A program made the translations under genes and the position numbers. The notes under the pieces were generated by a model. The model saw only the letters and a list, made by a program, of their open reading frames with translations, ran no database searches and was not told the DNA's origin. 64,000 nucleotides of DNA from Eledone cirrhosa (lineage: Eukaryota): positions 11,160,001-11,224,000 of the forward strand of contig OZ024765.1 in NCBI GenBank assembly GCA_964016885.1, in the 5' to 3' direction. Shown here piece by piece: positions 58,502-64,000 of this stretch (the stretch's first letter is position 1; the number at the start of each line of letters is the position of its first letter).

Positions 58502-58980
58502 AATATGGTTTTATAAATATAGTTTCCATTTGTTAATATATTGTATATATATATATATATATATATGTGCAAGAAAGTCAACAGTGAAATAGAACACAAA
58601 GGAACAATACAGTGCAGTGATGATATATATTAGTTCAACGCTTGATATATTAGAAAAGAATCCTAATGTTTAGTCCTTCATTTAAAGATAGAAAATGAGG
58701 ACAAAGAAAAAATAGAAAGATAGATTAGAATAAAAAAAACTGAAGAAACAGAAAAAGAAAACTTTTTCTCAGGAGGACTAGATATGTAAATATGTATGTT
58801 TTGTCAGCCATTTTGAACTGACATCTATAGAAGTTGAAAGACGGTCAACTTGGAGGCCAGACAAAATGGAGTGGAAAATATGTTGGGATTTTACAAATTA
58901 CTATACCAACACTGTTGCTAGACATACATCATGTATTACTCTGATCTGTGGTACCCTTGAGGCCATATGTCAAAGGCATC

Positions 58981-59038
<58 letters not shown>

Positions 59039-59153
59039 CTTTCTATGTATATATATATATATGTATGTAAAAGGTAAACAGAAATAACAACACAATTGGT
59101 ACAGTATATGGAAGGTATATATTAGGTTAACACTTGAAATAGCAGGAAGATGG

Positions 59154-59189
59154 TCTTAACATTTCAGACGCTAGTCCTTCATCAGAAGA
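59154..59189 (-). ncRNA. Minimal hammerhead motif
   Basis: TCTT-CTGATGA-AGGACTAGCGTCT-GAAA-TGTT-AAGA. Confidence 0.72.
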
Positions 59190-59404
59190 AAGAATGAGAA
59201 ATTAGATAGATTGAAGGGACGGATGGTGGGGGGTGGAATTGGAAAGAAATGTCTTTAGATAAAAATAACAGGTCCATTCATGCTGTCATTTCTTGGATAT
59301 ATATATATATTGGTTAACTTTGCCTTTCATCCTTACGGGGTCGATAAAATAAAGTACCAGTAATGCACTGGGTAATTGCTGGCCTTGTGCCAAATGTAGA
59401 AACA

Positions 59405-59443
<39 letters not shown>

Positions 59444-59506
59444 CAGCTTCACATTCAATTGTTTTAGCCTTTGTTTTTAAATTCATATCTTACGTCCATA
59501 TTAAAT

Positions 59507-59579
59507 TTTCATTCTGATGAGCTATTTCAGATGTCTGTGTTGAGTTCGTCTGTCTTCATGAAACCTTTGGTAAATGGAA
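59507..59579 (+). ncRNA. Type I hammerhead motif
   Basis: TTTCATT-CTGATGA-..CAGATG/CGTCTG..-GAAA-CCTTTGG-TA-AATGGAA. Confidence 0.7.
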
Positions 59580-59622
59580 TAATTGTCTTATGTTGTTTAT
59601 TACATAACAATATATATACATT

Positions 59623-60205
59623 GGGGCTATGTAGAACAACTATTGTCGCAGGTGGGACCAATCCGGTTGACCACCGAGTCCATTGTCATGATCAAACCGC
59701 CACCCTCCTTCAAAAACGAAGGAGAGGCGGTTTTCCTTTGTGTGATAGCTATGGCGAAAGAGGTTGTATGGTGGACAAGGTTGAAAGGGCTGAGGTCAGA
59801 CACCTTTCTCTCCAGCCAACAACTGATTCTTTTTTTCAAATACCACTTTGGAAGAAGAACCAGGATGGAGAGAGAGGTGCTGTACCCCAGCAAGTTTTAT
59901 GAAAGGTGGGTGAAAGTGGCGAGAATGGCCCGAGTGAATGGGCCTTCTCTCTATATCAGCCTGTAGGTTGAGGAAAAGGAGTAGGAGAGGAAAGGAGTAC
60001 AAACTCTTCGTACTCCTGGAGATGAGGGTTGCACATTTTTTCGGGGGTATGTGTTACCCATATAAACTGTCTCCCCCTATTGGGGAAAATCGACTAACTT
60101 TTTTAATTGCATTTGTGATAACATTTTACACGTTTTTATTTTATGTAAACTTCCCCTTTGTATTTGTCCCCTTCTTTTGTGCCCCTGTGGCTAATAAAGA
60201 AACAT
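59623..60205 (+). mobile_element. Tx1/L1-like LINE 3' end with probable 13-bp TSD
   Basis: VFLCVIAMAKEVVWWTRLKG...RWVKVARMARVNG; ATATATATACATT at 59610-59622 and 60206-60218. Confidence 0.85.
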
Positions 60206-60211
60206 ATATAT

Positions 60212-60399
60212 ATACATTAAATGGCGTGACAAATTGAACACTCTGGACAAAGCCACAGAAGCCACCACAACAATGAAAATACAATCAGGTTAAATAACAG
60301 GTTTATTATTTAACCTGATTGTATGTTCCTTGTTGTGGTGGCTTCTGTGGCTTTGTCCCCTTAACCACAGTTTTCAATTTGTCACGCTATTTAACGTAT
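60212..60399. repeat. Fold-back inverted repeat (about 85-bp arms)
   Basis: GGACAAAGCCACAGAAGCCACCACAACAA / TTGTTGTGGTGGCTTCTGTGGCTTTGTCC and flanking pairs. Confidence 0.85.
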
Positions 60400-60544
60400 G
60401 TTTATTACTCTGAGATGTAACTTATTAATTTATTGATATCTTATTGAGTGCTTCGTGCAAAGCTTCCGAATATTGTATCTTCGTGGATGCTGGCCAAGTG
60501 CCGCAACTTCGATTTTACTCACTTCCACTCTTATATATATATAT

Positions 60545-60805
60545 GCATTATGTCCTTGAGCAAGACCCTTTATTTCAGTGTGATGGTGCATGAGTGGTTA
60601 GAGAATTTGATTTGCAATCGTGAGGTTGTGAGTTCGATTCCAGGACTGAACAATGCATTATGTCCTTGAGCAAGACCCTTTATTTCAGTGTGATGGTGCA
60701 TGAGTGGTTAGAGAATTTGATTTGCAATCGTGAGGTTGTGAGTTCGATTCCCGGACCGAACAATGCGTTATGTCCTTGAGCAAGACATTTTATTTCACGT
60801 TGCTC
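60545..60805 (+). repeat. 110-bp tandem duplication of a CORE-SINE head
   Basis: TGTCCTTGAG at 60551, 60661, 60771; B box GAGTTCGATTCC in each unit. Confidence 0.85.
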
Positions 60806-62065
60806 CTTCTACCTGGAGTTGCGACCGATGGATAGTACTAGCAGTTGGAAAGACCAACGGAAACATTGTTTCCTCGGTCCGATTTGATGAATGTCGATCA
60901 TCATGAGCTCCTATGAGGAATTGAGCCCCATATCTCCCAGATACTGGCTAGGTGTCATCATCATCATCATCATCAACGTTTAACGTCCGTGTTCCACGCT
61001 TGCATGGGTTTGGACGGGGGTAGTCCCACTTGAGGCAAGAGTGATTGTCTTGCTCGCATAGGACTGTCTGGCAGGTTTTCTACAGTTGGATGCCCTTCCT
61101 AACACCAACCACATTTACAGTGTGGGTCTGGGAGGTTTTTACCGTGTTGCCTACACGGCCACATTACAGCGTGGACTGTGTGTTTTTTTTGTTGTGACAC
61201 CTACACATGTTGAAACATATATATCATTCTCATCATCATTACCATTATCGTTTAACGTCAATTTTTATTTTCCCATGCTGCCATGGGTTGCATGTATACA
61301 TACATATTTGCAAATATACATGCAAATCAACACACACACACACACATATCAATGTATATCTCTTACTTTGCACCCACATTCACAGACCAAAATATAAAAA
61401 AAAAAAAAAAAAGAACAGGGGGGGGGGGATAAATAAAATAGAAACAAAACCAAATATTAAATATTTCCTCAAAAGATAGAAATCCATCGACAGTTGAATG
61501 ACAGGTTTGGGTTATTTTTTTACTTTGATTCTTTTTGGCTTGTCTCCCCGTTTCCCCGTGAATTCTATTGAGATTTGCGATTTTTGTTCAATCTTTTCTT
61601 TTCTAAAAAAGAAAGAACTATCTTTTATATTTTCTCATCCTTGACTACAAAAGGAAATGATTAATTTTAGCAAAATAATATATGGTAAAAAAAAAAAAAT
61701 GACCAACCCTTTTCTCCCCATCCCCTTCCTCTCGCTAAAAAAAATTAAAATACGAGTATTCTACGAGAGAAAAAAAATGTAAGAGTCTTTTAATTCACTG
61801 TATTATTTTGATATTTCAGTGAAAATGTAGCCAGTTCCATGTAATAGAAGTTATTTTTTTTACTGTTTCAAATTCTTTTTTTGTTTGTTTCTCATCATTT
61901 TGTGCGGAGTCTATTTTAATCATTTTTCCCAGCTGAAAAACTGGCAGCAGAGAATAATATATCTGAAAATATTGTTTTATTGTCTTCTCCACGTTTTAGC
62001 CCAATGTAGATAGATTTCTTGAGTTGGGTGTTTTATTTTGGAGTTTGGTTTACTGAGTGTATATG

Positions 62066-62115
<50 letters not shown>

Positions 62116-62580
62116 TATATAACATACATATATACATATATATATGTATATATACACACATATATAACATACACATATATCATCATCATCATCATCATCG
62201 TTTAACGTCCATGTTCCACGCTTGCATGGGTTTGGACAGGAGTTTTCCCACTTGAGGCAAGAGTGGTTGTCTTGCTCGCATAGGACTGTCTGGCGGGTTT
62301 TCTACAGCTGGATGCCCTTCCTAACACCAACCACATTTACAGTGTGGGACTGGGAGGTTTTTACCGTGTTGCCTACACGGCCACATTACAGCGTGGACTG
62401 TGTGTTTTTTTGTCGTGACACCTATATATATATATAAACAATGAGTTAAAGACTTTGTTGATATGTAATCAACTGAGTTTTGTTTATAACAGATATGAAG
62501 CACTCGACAGATAAAACTTATCTGGAGTTATGATAATAATAGTAATAAACAAAAGATATAACTTTATATCATCACTATTT

Positions 62581-62656
62581 ATTTCATTATATATATTTCG
62601 GGGATGCAAAAATTTATGTTGGACATAAATGAGAGCATGCTTTCTTCAGGTAAAAT
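62581..62656 (-). ncRNA. Degenerate type I hammerhead motif
   Basis: ATTTTAC-CTGAAGA-..ATGC..ATTTATGT/ACATAAAT..GCAT..-GAAA-TATATA-TA-ATGAAAT. Confidence 0.62.
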
Positions 62657-63305
62657 TCAACATGAGATGTATAAAATGTTTGATATACTCACAAGTGGGT
62701 ATATATATATATACACACACACAGACATATGTATATACAAAAAGTATCCAATCCAACCTGTAAGGTAGTTGAGCAAGATGGTTGGATAACATCCTTGAAC
62801 TTGGCTGGTTTTGCTTGAAGATCTAGCTGACAGGACCCACTGGAGGGAAGGTTTGAGGACTCTGCCCCCCCCCATGACCCTCTCGGGAATAAGTGGGTGA
62901 AGAGGAAGGATATATATATATATATATATATATATAACAAAGCAGGTGTGGTAAGGAACCAGATGGACCATAACGCACCAGAGTACTCAATACTTACGGT
63001 AGTAGAGTGGGTAATAGGAAAATGTTTGACCTCCGACGGCAGAGCTCAAGCCGTTTCGACGGCTATTTCTGGACTACTACTGAGTCCAGAAATAGCCGTC
63101 GAAACGGCTTGAGCTCTGCCGTCGGGGTTAGACATTTTCCTATATATATATATATATAGAGAGAGAATCAGGTCCCATATGAACAAGACGAAGTCAGCCG
63201 ACTGGACACTGCCCACAACACAGGACAACCCGTCTAACCCATGCTAGCGTGGAAGAACGGACGTAAAACGGTGATGATGATGATGTTGATGATATATATA
63301 GGAAA

Positions 63306-63349
<44 letters not shown>

Positions 63350-63560
63350 GTGAGTTTTTTTTTAACAAAATGAAAAATAACCTGGGTGTCCTACACGAGT
63401 GAAAGTATAAAGAAAAAGAGATGAAATCGAAAAGGCAACTGGAGTCTTATTTTTTTAAAATATATATATTTATTTGGTTCCTTTACCGGTTTCGCAGTTC
63501 CTTTACCGGTTTCGCTTTTCAAAAGGTGAGTTGAGATGGAGGATCTGTGGTTTTTCTCAC

Positions 63561-63749
<189 letters not shown>

Positions 63750-64000
63750 ACAAAGAAAGTGTGGTAAGGAACCAGGTGGATCGTAATTAAAAAATCTAAA
63801 AATTAAAGATTTAAAATTAAGTGTTGAGGTAATTTTTTTTCATCTTTCTTGTTGAGAAGGAGACTGGAAAATGAACTCTTGTGTAGTCAGAGTAGTAGCA
63901 GCAGTGGTGGTGGTAGTTGTGATATTCTGTAAATATGGGTTGTGTATCTCAATTGTGTTAATGGAGTGGTCAAGAGTTCAGATAGGAGTGGCGAGGGGTA

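Noticed and set aside
63886-64000. Short open minus-strand frame at the window edge
   Set aside because: Truncated by the window and has no recognisable motif; cannot be supported.

Overview
Eukaryotic, very AT-rich and microsatellite-saturated DNA. The SINE and LINE families resemble those of octopod cephalopods, but that species assignment is my inference. Almost all ORF-track entries are simple-repeat artefacts. Real coding content is limited to one probable minus-strand host exon (700-817, membrane protein), one 5'-truncated but uninterrupted RTE reverse transcriptase ORF carrying a PHD finger (39962-41317), and fragments of RTE, Tx1 and CR1 LINEs. The window looks like part of a very large intron or a gene-poor region. 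It also holds tRNA-derived SINEs (CORE-like and Nin/Deu-like), TTAA-, TA- and hAT-type MITEs, and about ten minisatellites, most grown from internal pieces of these elements. Main discovery: about 17 complete or near-complete type I hammerhead ribozyme motifs plus several half-motifs, from several unrelated short families. Most sit next to (TA)n, often as fold-back inverted repeats, and show compensatory stem changes. This is the signature of Penelope-like element terminal repeats or retrozyme-like elements. A second highlight is a strong candidate recursive splice site (pyrimidine tract-CAG|GTAAGA) at 30482/30481, on the same strand as the exon.
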